DNA of 64,000 nt from an uncultured candidate division Zixibacteria bacterium (GTDB taxonomy: Bacteria; Zixibacteria; MSB-5A5; GN15; FEB-12): contig OY760907.1 in NCBI GenBank assembly GCA_963664195.1, positions 928,001 to 992,000 on the forward strand, in the 5' to 3' direction. The notes beneath the pieces are model-generated. The model did not search any database. It had not been told where the DNA came from and saw nothing but the letters and a program-made list of their open reading frames with translations. Positions 38,794-47,194 of this stretch are shown here, in pieces. A program made the position numbers and the translations under genes. Numbering within the stretch: the first letter of the stretch is position 1; each line of letters begins with the position of its first letter.

Positions 38794-41417
38794 CCCTGTG
38801 TTTCCTTGAGCATTTCCTTCAATACCGCAAACATCTCAACAGCCTTCGTGCCTTCATCGACACCACCCTGCGCGAAATTGGGCTTGCCTCCACCGCGCCC
38901 GCCAAACCTACTCAGTAGGTCCTTTGTAATCTTACCTACGTGAACGTTGTGGGATTTCACGGCGCTGGAACTCGCCGCCAACATCACAGCGATCTTGCCG
39001 TTGACATTGCCCATACCGACTGCAAACACCGGCTCGTTCTGCTCCTTGCGGTTGTCGATCCAGGCCGACATCGTATCCCGATCACTCTCTCCGAAATCGT
39101 GCGTCCAAACGCTCAACTCGCCGATCTTGCTTTCCTCGCCAACCGTCTGTCCGGCCCCCGCGACCATCTCGGCCTTAACTTTCTTGATCTCCTTCTGGAG
39201 TGCGGCAGCCGTCTCTTTCAATTGTTCCACGCCGTGCAGAGCCTCAGTTTCGGGACGTCCGACCAATCCGGCGACCTTCTGGCAGAAGACTTTGTTATCG
39301 AGCATCTGGCTCAACGCAGCCTGTCCGGTGATAGCCTCCATTCGTCTCACACCCGATGCAATCCCGGTCTCAACCGCTACAAAAAACGGTCCTATCTGGC
39401 TGACGTTTTGTACGTGGGTTCCGCCACACAGTTCCTTCGAGAAACCGCCGACCGACACGACACGTACCTCGTCACCGTACTTCTCACCAAACAGCGCCAT
39501 CGCACCGGAGGCTTTGGCAGCCTCGACATTCATCAGATCCGTCTGCACCGTTTCGGCGGCCAGTATCTGCTCATTGACAATACGCTCTACCTGAGCCACT
39601 TCGCCAGCCGTCATCGGTTGGTGATGCGAAAAATCAAACCGCAGTCTGTCAGGTCCAACATACGATCCCGATTGTCTGACATGATCGCCGAGTACCTTGC
39701 GGAGCGCCGCGTGCGCGAGATGAGTCGCGGTGTGGTTGCGCATGATATCCCAGCGACGTTTGATATCCACTTCGGCAGTCACAGGCTCCTCGACATTCAA
39801 TTTCTTGATATCACCGTGAGCCACCTTGCCGACATGGACATAATGGCCCTGGTGCACAAACAACGACCTGACTTCGATCGTCACAGCGTCGTTGTAGATG
39901 AATCCTGTGTCACCGGTTTGTCCGCCGGACTCAGCATAAAACGGTGTCCGGTCTAAAACGACAGCAACTTCGCCCGACTCTCCAACAGCGTGTAGTTGCA
40001 CGACAGCGTCGATCTTCAAACCTTCACGAACAAACTTGGTCGCCGGCAGTATTTCCAGAGCCGGTTCGGTCAGAGCCTCAAGGAAGCCGCGGTTGCCCTG
40101 TTCAACTGCAAACCCGGCCGCTGCTTTGGAACGCTCCTGCTGTGCGGACATCGCTTTCTCGAATCCGTTCTTGTCCAGTGAGAGCCCTTGCTCTCCGGCA
40201 ATGATCTCGGTCAGGTCATACGGAAAACCGTAAGTGTCATACAGCTTGAAAACATCTTCGCCGGGGACAACCGTTGTCCCGGTTTTCTTGAGTTTCTTCG
40301 AGAGATGCTCAAACTGCTCCAGTCCGGTATCGAGCGTGCGAAGAAACGATTCTTCCTCTGCCCTAATGACGTTTTCGATATGTGACTGCTTTTCCTTGAT
40401 CTCAGGGTAGGCCGCGCCCATCTCGTTGACGAGCACCGGAACCAGCCTGTAGATAAAAGGTTCCTTCGCGCCCAGCTTGCGTCCGTGCCTTGCGGCACGG
40501 CGGAGGATTCGGCGAAGAACGTACCCTCTTCCTTCGTTGGAAATACCGGCACCGTCGGCCAGTGAGAAAGTCAGCGCCCGGATATGATCCGCCACCACGT
40601 GATGCGACGAAATGTTGTCTTCGTATTTCGATCCGGTAAGCTCCGATACCGCCGTGACGAGATTCTGGAAAAGGTCAATCCCGTAATTAGTGTTGCATCC
40701 CTGCATGATCGCAGCGATACGTTCGAGGCCGGCTCCCGTATCCACCGAGGGCTTTGGCAGGTCGATGACTTTCCCATCGGGAAGCTGATCGTTCTGCATG
40801 AACACAAGATTCCAGATTTCGACAAACCGATCCGTCTCCCCGTTGACCACATGCTGCGGCCCGACACCGTATTTCTCGCCGCGATCGTAATGCAATTCCG
40901 AGCAGGGACCGCACGGTCCGACATCACCCATTGACCAGTAATTGTCATGTCGGCCGCATCGGAGTATGCGACCGTCTCTCAGCTCGGGCGCAACCTTCCC
41001 CCATAACTCGAACGCCTCGTCATCGGTCTCGTACACACTGGCGTAGAGACGATCCTTCGACAACCCGAGGTCTCTGGTCACCCATTCCCAGCAATACAAA
41101 ATCGCCTGTTCTTTGAAATAGTCGCCAAATGAGAAATTACCCAGCATTTCAAAAAACGTATGGTGTCTCGCGGTGAACCCGACATTGTCGAGATCGTTAT
41201 GTTTGCCGCCGGCGCGGATACACTTCTGCGAGCTGGTAGCCCGGGGAAAGTCCGATTTGGCCTTTCCAGTAAACACGTCCTTGAACTGGTTCATGCCGGC
41301 GTTGATGAACAGGATAGTCGGGTCATCAAACGGGATGACCGGAGACGACGGCACCAGGCGGTGGTCGTTCTTCTGGAAAAAATCCAGGAATGATTGTCGT
41401 ATATCGGCGGTCTTAAT
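38790..41417 (-). CDS. alaS: Alanine--tRNA ligase
   Basis: NAGMNQFK, HHTFFEMLGNFSFGDYFK, EIWNLVFMQ, HTATH, ELCGGTH and GGGKP. Start uncertain (ATT 41417, CTG 41423 or TTG 41456). Confidence 0.97.
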   Translation of the reverse strand: MKTADIRQSFLDFFQKNDHRLVPSSPVIPFDDPTILFINAGMNQFKDVFTGKAKSDFPRATSSQKCIRAGGKHNDLDNVGFTARHHTFFEMLGNFSFGDYFKEQAILYCWEWVTRDLGLSKDRLYASVYETDDEAFELWGKVAPELRDGRILRCGRHDNYWSMGDVGPCGPCSELHYDRGEKYGVGPQHVVNGETDRFVEIWNLVFMQNDQLPDGKVIDLPKPSVDTGAGLERIAAIMQGCNTNYGIDLFQNLVTAVSELTGSKYEDNISSHHVVADHIRALTFSLADGAGISNEGRGYVLRRILRRAARHGRKLGAKEPFIYRLVPVLVNEMGAAYPEIKEKQSHIENVIRAEEESFLRTLDTGLEQFEHLSKKLKKTGTTVVPGEDVFKLYDTYGFPYDLTEIIAGEQGLSLDKNGFEKAMSAQQERSKAAAGFAVEQGNRGFLEALTEPALEILPATKFVREGLKIDAVVQLHAVGESGEVAVVLDRTPFYAESGGQTGDTGFIYNDAVTIEVRSLFVHQGHYVHVGKVAHGDIKKLNVEEPVTAEVDIKRRWDIMRNHTATHLAHAALRKVLGDHVRQSGSYVGPDRLRFDFSHHQPMTAGEVAQVERIVNEQILAAETVQTDLMNVEAAKASGAMALFGEKYGDEVRVVSVGGFSKELCGGTHVQNVSQIGPFFVAVETGIASGVRRMEAITGQAALSQMLDNKVFCQKVAGLVGRPETEALHGVEQLKETAAALQKEIKKVKAEMVAGAGQTVGEESKIGELSVWTHDFGESDRDTMSAWIDNRKEQNEPVFAVGMGNVNGKIAVMLAASSSAVKSHNVHVGKITKDLLSRFGGRGGGKPNFAQGGVDEGTKAVEMFAVLKEMLKETQG

Positions 41418-42084
41418 CTTCAGTTTCCTCTCTTCTCCTGCGGTGTAACGTCTCAAAGGCGGCCTTCGCGGCCCCGTATCCGATCCCCCGGCGAGAAAGA
41501 TAATTATACGCCTTCTTGCGGGCCGATTCAATATCTATCTGGGCGTACAGGTGCCACTTGCGCTCCAATGCCTCAACCGCAAGACTGGTTTCGTCTCTGT
41601 CCTCGAGCAAATCATCAACAACCCGTTCGGCCAGGGATCGGTCGACCCGCCTCTTCTGTAGCTCCGCGATAATAAAGGTCCGCCCCGAAGGCTTTTTCTC
41701 CAGCGTCCGACGCGCCAGCATTTCGGCAAACCGACGGTCATCCAAAAGACCGTTGCGGACGTACTTCGAAACAACGGATTCAACTGCGTCAGGACCGATC
41801 TCCTTCTGCTTGAGCTTAAAGCGCACCTCACCGACCGAATGTTCCCGATAGCCCAGCATCCGCCCGACCAACCGATCGCACTCATCCACCTCGGCCTCGG
41901 CGATCAACTGCTCAAGCTGCGGCCGGGTGATCACGATCCCCTTTTTGAGCCGATGTTTGAAGACCATACTGATCGACACGACCAGTGGTTCCTTGAGGGT
42001 ACTGACGGACAGTTTGTACCGTCCGGCGAATTCGTACAGTTTGGTGATACGGATTTGCTCGTTTGTAGGCTCGTAATCAGACAT
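41413..42084 (-). CDS. recX: Regulatory protein RecX
   Basis: LGYREHSVGEVRFKL, LLDDRRFA, IIAELQKRRV and YNYLSRRGI. Confidence 0.85.
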   Translation of the reverse strand: MSDYEPTNEQIRITKLYEFAGRYKLSVSTLKEPLVVSISMVFKHRLKKGIVITRPQLEQLIAEAEVDECDRLVGRMLGYREHSVGEVRFKLKQKEIGPDAVESVVSKYVRNGLLDDRRFAEMLARRTLEKKPSGRTFIIAELQKRRVDRSLAERVVDDLLEDRDETSLAVEALERKWHLYAQIDIESARKKAYNYLSRRGIGYGAAKAAFETLHRRRREETED

Positions 42085-42408
42085 AGAGTGCAATAATAAC
42101 CCACGTGTGCGTTACACAAAACAAAAATACGCCGCCCTTCTGTTGCACCTCCGTCAGAATACGCCATCATGCCGCCAAATCCTCCAACTCGCCATGCCCC
42201 TACCCGGCAACAAATTGTGGACAAACTTAACTTGGGTGTTGACTTGACAAAATGTACATTGTATATAATGTCAAATGAAATTAACTGGCGTAATTCGTTA
42301 GTTAATAGTGGCTTCTGGATTGGTCGATTTATTCCAACTGGATAATTTGTTTTCATACATAGAGATACAAAGCTATCCGGAATGTACTACGGAAAAGCAA
42401 AGGTAACC

Positions 42409-43287
42409 ATGGATCTAGACCTACAGGGTAATATAGAGAAATTCACCCTTCCGGAGATTCTCCAGCTCATCGCCGCCTCACGAAAGTCCGGCACTCTGGG
42501 CATACAGAAGGACGAATCGATCATCATGATCTACTTCCAGGCGGGAGATATCATCTACGGCTACGGCCCCCGCCAGACTTTCCACCTCGGACAACTCCTC
42601 AAGGAACGCGGCAAACTGACCACCGAGCAACTCGAAGAAGCTGTTCAGGCTCAAGCCAAAACCGAAAACACCAAGCGTCTGGGTGAAATTCTGGTCGCCA
42701 AAGGATTTATCGATCGCGCCGACCTTCAGTCAGTCGTCCGGAGTCAGGTAGAGGACCTCCTCTACTCGCTGTTGTCATGGCAGTCCGGGTCGTTCAAGTT
42801 CTACGAAGACCAATTCCCCACCGACGAAGAGATCACGGTCTCATTGTCGGTCGAGAATGTCATCCTCGAGGGGTTGCGACGCATCGATGAAGAATCCATG
42901 ATCAACGACACCCTGCCGGATCTCGACAAAGTCTGCACGATCACCGCCTCTCAGGCCGGAAGGACCCGCTCGGTCACGATGAAAGCCTCCGAGTGGAACG
43001 TCATGGCTCTCGTCAACGGCAAACGGTCCATCAATCAGATCTGCGATGCCTCCCCGATCGGGCGCGAGAAGACGCTCAACCGTCTGGCGCATCTCAATCT
43101 GGCCGGACTGATCACGACTACCGAAAAGATTGCCGAGCCGGAGAACGGTTCCAGTCTCGAGGGTATGATCGGGCGCCTGACCGGACTACTGGAAAACTAC
43201 CTGACGGACAAAGCTACCCCTGTCGTCACCAGAGAGCAGATCGTTACCGAAGCTGTCACCGCAACTTTGGCCGGAGAGGAAGTGTGA
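42409..43287 (+). CDS. DUF4388 domain protein with tandem MshEN-like motifs
   Basis: LQGNIEKFTLPEILQLI..SRKSGTL, WQSGSFKF, ILEGLRRIDE; internal RLGEILVAKGFI...L......Q. Confidence 0.8.
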   Translation: MDLDLQGNIEKFTLPEILQLIAASRKSGTLGIQKDESIIMIYFQAGDIIYGYGPRQTFHLGQLLKERGKLTTEQLEEAVQAQAKTENTKRLGEILVAKGFIDRADLQSVVRSQVEDLLYSLLSWQSGSFKFYEDQFPTDEEITVSLSVENVILEGLRRIDEESMINDTLPDLDKVCTITASQAGRTRSVTMKASEWNVMALVNGKRSINQICDASPIGREKTLNRLAHLNLAGLITTTEKIAEPENGSSLEGMIGRLTGLLENYLTDKATPVVTREQIVTEAVTATLAGEEV

Positions 43288-44006
43288 GCCGGGCACAAAC
43301 GCTCAAATCGCTTGAGGTTGTACTCGAGTCGTTCCTCGACCGGGCGGTAGCTCTCAAAGAGCAGCGGCTTGAAGTTCTCGGCGGCATTAACCGCCTGGAC
43401 GACATAGCCCGCGGTGTACAGCGAGGCGAGGACTTCACCGATCAAATGGGCGGCTGGTTCGCCGAACACAGCCAGTGGCTCAACAGCGAGACACTTCGGG
43501 CCGGCGACCGTAACCGTATCGGCGGTATTCTGGGCGAGATCAAAAAAGAACTGGGAGTCTCCGAATACTCCTCCCCCGCCATCCACAAGATTTCCAGCGA
43601 GATCGACCGCTGGACGCCCTCAGGCGCCTCACCGACACCTGACAATCGGTTGGGAGTCAAGGCCGAACACAATCAGCGATCAGAGGGTGCGGGCCGACGA
43701 GTCATCGTACTGAGACGGGGTGCAGAGGCTGCCGAGGAGTCACAGGTTGACTCTATCTCGCTGTTTGGCACTACCTTAGAGCAAATAACCGCTCTCTTCA
43801 AGGACGTTGCCGGCAACCGAAAACATTTGATGTCGGTACTCGACGATGCCCTGGAATCGGCTAAGATCCAAAACAATAAAGAGGCCTTGCTTTTGTCGGC
43901 GCTCATTATATATTATCTGAAGCAAAACGGCTACAAAACGGAGCCGTTTGTGAAGCGGCTAAAAACTGCCGAACGCCTGCACGAAAGGACGGAGAGTAAT
44001 GCTTAA
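43284..44006 (+). CDS. Hypothetical protein (helical)
   Basis: GTGA overlap with the upstream stop, GGAGAGG SD and a long open frame. Confidence 0.7.
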   Translation: MSRAQTLKSLEVVLESFLDRAVALKEQRLEVLGGINRLDDIARGVQRGEDFTDQMGGWFAEHSQWLNSETLRAGDRNRIGGILGEIKKELGVSEYSSPAIHKISSEIDRWTPSGASPTPDNRLGVKAEHNQRSEGAGRRVIVLRRGAEAAEESQVDSISLFGTTLEQITALFKDVAGNRKHLMSVLDDALESAKIQNNKEALLLSALIIYYLKQNGYKTEPFVKRLKTAERLHERTESNA

Positions 44007-44247
44007 TTCTTCGGAGAAAGCATATTGTCTGGCCCTGCAGGCATTGAAGCAGAAACAGTACCGTCAGGCTGTCGATCAGTTTGAGCGGGCGGTTTCCTTT
44101 TTTGATGCTAACAAGGAATTCCACCTGCTGCACGAAACGACCCGACTGCTGGTAGCGGTACAGGAAGAGTTAGCCGCGCTGGAAAACGAAGATACGCTGA
44201 TAATCGAGGAGGTCTTTTCAGATGGCCAAGAAGCAAACCTTCCTTGA
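43999..44247 (+). CDS. Small hypothetical protein (TPR-like helix pair)
   Basis: SD GGAG, overlapping operon arrangement, AY.LA.QAL....Y.QA...F. Confidence 0.65.
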   Translation: MLNSSEKAYCLALQALKQKQYRQAVDQFERAVSFFDANKEFHLLHETTRLLVAVQEELAALENEDTLIIEEVFSDGQEANLP

Positions 44248-44410
44248 CAAAACGAAGTCAAAGGAATCCGGTCACATTTGTCCGATTTGTGACGCAGAAT
44301 TCCAGTTTGTCAAGCACGTCAAAGCCGTGAAAGCGGAGAACGACGCGTGGAAGTTCCGCACGGTAAACGCCCGTGTGTGCAAGTGCAACGAGAAAGAGAT
44401 CTACGCCTAA
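44222..44410 (+). CDS. Small basic Cys-containing protein, possibly DUF4295/bL38-like
   Basis: SD GAGGAGG; MAKKQTF...CPIC...VKHVKAVK...WKF...VCKC; followed by a terminator. Confidence 0.7.
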   Translation: MAKKQTFLDKTKSKESGHICPICDAEFQFVKHVKAVKAENDAWKFRTVNARVCKCNEKEIYA

Positions 44411-44437
44411 GCAGACCTCTCGACATTGCCAAATCTC

Positions 44438-44468
44438 AAAAGCTCCCTTAACCGGGAGCTTTTTTTTT
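44438..44468 (+). terminator. Intrinsic terminator
   Basis: AAAAGCTCCC-TTAACC-GGGAGC-TTTTTTTTT. Confidence 0.8.
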
Positions 44469-44606
44469 GGTATGAACAAGTCACACTGAGCCTGTCGAAG
44501 TGTGCACCTTGCTTAAATGCCTTGGTGCCCCACAGCCCTCCTTCGGCGGGTCTACGACTTGCCGTGGGATTGGATTCTGGGTGAAGGAGTACTCCCCAGT
44601 AAATCT

Positions 44607-44855
44607 TTAGTCTCCAAAATTCAGCAGAATGACAACCTCACCTTTGTCGTCAAGTACACCAGAAAAGCGCATCCCTGCAATGTATAAATCTACTTCGTGC
44701 TGCCAACCATCCTTCTTGAACAACTCGTCGTCAAACCGTACTCGCATTCTGAACTCGGCACCGCTAATGGAACTCAAGTACGGATAATCCTCACGTCCAC
44801 TGAACGTTATGTTCTGACCGTAGAATCTAACTCCCAGATTCCTCTTGCTGGCCAC
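44607..44855 (-). CDS. Short hypothetical ORF, probably a 5'-truncated remnant
   Basis: Protein-like translation with lower GC; the 5' end abuts the 68-bp repeat. Confidence 0.35.
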   Translation of the reverse strand: MASKRNLGVRFYGQNITFSGREDYPYLSSISGAEFRMRVRFDDELFKKDGWQHEVDLYIAGMRFSGVLDDKGEVVILLNFGD

Positions 44856-44856
44856 T

Positions 44857-44924
44857 GGGTGGCCGGCTCAAACTCGTTTGGGCCGGTTCAAATACCCCTC
44901 CAAACAAGTTTGAAGGGGCCACCC
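44857..44924 (+). repeat. 68-bp double-hairpin repeat with GGGTGGCC/GGCCACCC ends, copy 1
   Basis: GGGTGGCCGGCTCAAACTCGTTTGGGCCGG-TTCAAATA-CCCCTCCAAACAAGTTTGAAGGGGCCACCC. Confidence 0.75.
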
Positions 44925-45071
44925 GGAATGACGGTGTTCATCCTCGTCGCATCCCTACTCCCCCTTGTAATCCCCCGCAAAAGAACGTATATTTTCCGTC
45001 GCCGTTACGCCCAACGCGTAGAACGGCATAACCGTATGGAAATGAGCATGAGACAGCCGGATGAACCTGAC

Positions 45072-45830
45072 ATGACCGACGCCCAGAAGACCAAAGGGGC
45101 GACATCCGGCCAACCAGCTGACCGCAAGGTCGTCCCCTCTCGCAGGGAAGTCTGGAAGATGTTCGACCGGATCGCCTGGCGATACGATCTGCTCAACCAT
45201 CTCCTCTCAGCCAATCAGGACAAAGCCTGGCGCAAGCGGCTCACCGCTTTGCTCCCCGGGGGCAACGATCTGAAGGCCCTCGATCTGGCAAGCGGCACCG
45301 GTGATCAGCTACTCGCCCTCCACGACAGCGGTCGCATCAAACACGGAGTCGGCACCGATCTCGCCGAGAAGATGCTCGCAATCGGACGAGAGAAAATCAC
45401 CGCGCGCGGGCTGAACGATTCGCTCGAACTCAAGACCGGCGACGCGCAGAACATCCCGTTTGAGGATGACCGGTTCGATGCCGTCACGATTTCGTTCGGC
45501 ATTCGCAACATGACCGATGTCTCCCTCGCGCTCCGTGAAATGCACCGCGTCCTCAAACCGGGCGGTCGGGCACTGATACTCGAATTCTCCCTGCCGACCA
45601 ACGGGTTCGTTCGGTGGGGGTATTTGCTATACTTTAGACACGTACTTCCGACACTCGGTAAGAAAATCTCGGGCGATGACGGCGCGTATCGCTACCTCAA
45701 CGAAACGGTCGAAACCTTCCCCTACGGTCAGGCGTTCTGCGACCTGATGACCGACGCCGGATTCCAAAACGTGAAAGACAACCGCCTGACGCTCGGCATT
45801 GCGTCGATATACCAGGGCGACAAGATATGA
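45072..45830 (+). CDS. menG: Demethylmenaquinone methyltransferase (UbiE/MenG)
   Basis: MFDRIAWRYDLLNHLLS, LDLASGTGD, ISFGIRN and RVLKPGG. Start approximate. Confidence 0.92.
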   Translation: MTDAQKTKGATSGQPADRKVVPSRREVWKMFDRIAWRYDLLNHLLSANQDKAWRKRLTALLPGGNDLKALDLASGTGDQLLALHDSGRIKHGVGTDLAEKMLAIGREKITARGLNDSLELKTGDAQNIPFEDDRFDAVTISFGIRNMTDVSLALREMHRVLKPGGRALILEFSLPTNGFVRWGYLLYFRHVLPTLGKKISGDDGAYRYLNETVETFPYGQAFCDLMTDAGFQNVKDNRLTLGIASIYQGDKI

Positions 45831-47194
45831 GTATGGTAGCTGACAAATATACGTTCCAAGCCGCCGTTGCACAGCTTGCCAACAGGATCAAGATGGCTGT
45901 CGGCATGCGTTCACAGTTGGAATCGAAAAACAGATTCGCACTGCGACTGGAAACACAGATCAACCCCGTTGACCCGCTGCTCTGGCTCGCCTCTCAAAAC
46001 TGCGACGCGCATACCTACTGGCGCGGTCGCGACGGTGATTTCGAGATGGCCGGGGTTGGTGCGGCATCTGTGTGCAATCAGATCAGCGAGATCAACACCA
46101 ACTGCAACGACGACCTGCGATACTTCGGAGGCCTTCGGTTTGACACGCAGCGCCCGCCCGAAGAGCAGGACGCAATATGGAAGCCGTTTGCTGCTTCCCG
46201 ATTCGTCCTGCCCCGTTTTGAGCTGATCGCCGAACCTGACAGACACACGCTCGTCTGCAATCTTCTTGTCGAAGAGCTGACGGCCGAGTGCCTTGGGCAC
46301 ATTAACCACGAGTTGAGTGAGCTATCTGCCGAACATCCGTGGGACGAAAGCGCACCGCTCTCCCAGGTCAGCCGTGTTGACAATCCCGACCAGCAAGGCT
46401 GGGCCAGTTCTATCGCAAATGCCTTACAATCGATAAAGGCGGGGCGTCTGGAAAAGATCGTCCTGGCCCGACGAAGCGATGTCGAGTCTTCGCATAACAT
46501 CAATCCGTGGCAACTCCTGGCGAAACTCCGCGAGACCACCGAGGCCTGTACACTGTTCGGCATTCAGCCGGAGCCGGGCGCTGTTTTCGTCGGCGCGACA
46601 CCGGAACGTCTCTACGCCCGCCACGGTGACCAAATCAAGAGCGAAGCAATTGCAGGCACCCGACCGCGCGGCACGGATTCAAAAGAGGATGAACGGTTGG
46701 CCGACGAACTCACCGCCTCGATTAAGGACAATGTCGAGCATCAGTATGTGGTCAAGAGCATTGCCGGGCATCTCGAAGCACTCAGTCAATCCGTAACCGT
46801 CGCCGAGCGACCACACATCCTGAAGCTCGCCCGCGTACAGCATCTCAAGACAGATATCTCGGCTCGTCTCAACGACCACGTCTCCGATGCTGATCTGGTA
46901 AACACGCTGCATCCAACTCCGGCGGTCGGCGGCGTTCCGGATGATCTGGCGCGCGAGGAAATTGCATGGCTGGAGCCGTTTGATCGCGGCTGGTATGCCG
47001 GGCCAGTAGGTTGGGTAGGATCGGGACGCTCAGAATTTGCAGTTGCGATTCGTTCCGCCCTCGTGGCCGACAATCGCTTGATGCTGTTCGGCGGGGCGGG
47101 AATCGTGAACGGCTCTACCGCCGAATACGAATGGCAGGAAATCGAATATAAAACTTCGCTGTTTGTTAGCACGTTGACCGACGAAAACAAATGA
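45827..47194 (+). CDS. menF: Isochorismate synthase
   Basis: KIVLAR, GATPERL, AIAGT, LHPTPAVGG, FDRGWYAG, AIRSA and GAGIV. Confidence 0.92.
   Translation: MSMVADKYTFQAAVAQLANRIKMAVGMRSQLESKNRFALRLETQINPVDPLLWLASQNCDAHTYWRGRDGDFEMAGVGAASVCNQISEINTNCNDDLRYFGGLRFDTQRPPEEQDAIWKPFAASRFVLPRFELIAEPDRHTLVCNLLVEELTAECLGHINHELSELSAEHPWDESAPLSQVSRVDNPDQQGWASSIANALQSIKAGRLEKIVLARRSDVESSHNINPWQLLAKLRETTEACTLFGIQPEPGAVFVGATPERLYARHGDQIKSEAIAGTRPRGTDSKEDERLADELTASIKDNVEHQYVVKSIAGHLEALSQSVTVAERPHILKLARVQHLKTDISARLNDHVSDADLVNTLHPTPAVGGVPDDLAREEIAWLEPFDRGWYAGPVGWVGSGRSEFAVAIRSALVADNRLMLFGGAGIVNGSTAEYEWQEIEYKTSLFVSTLTDENK

Noticed and set aside
42200..42380. AT-rich region with TGTGGACAA as a possible oriC or SOS box
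   Set aside because: Only one imperfect DnaA-like box and no LexA consensus I can support; better explained as divergent promoters.
42993..43283. Upstream extension of the 43284 ORF
   Set aside because: It overlaps DUF4388 coding sequence; the GTGA coupling with an SD marks the real start.
44697..45071. Long N-terminal extension of menG in the ORF track
   Set aside because: It crosses a repeat element and an opposite-strand remnant; homology begins near 45130.
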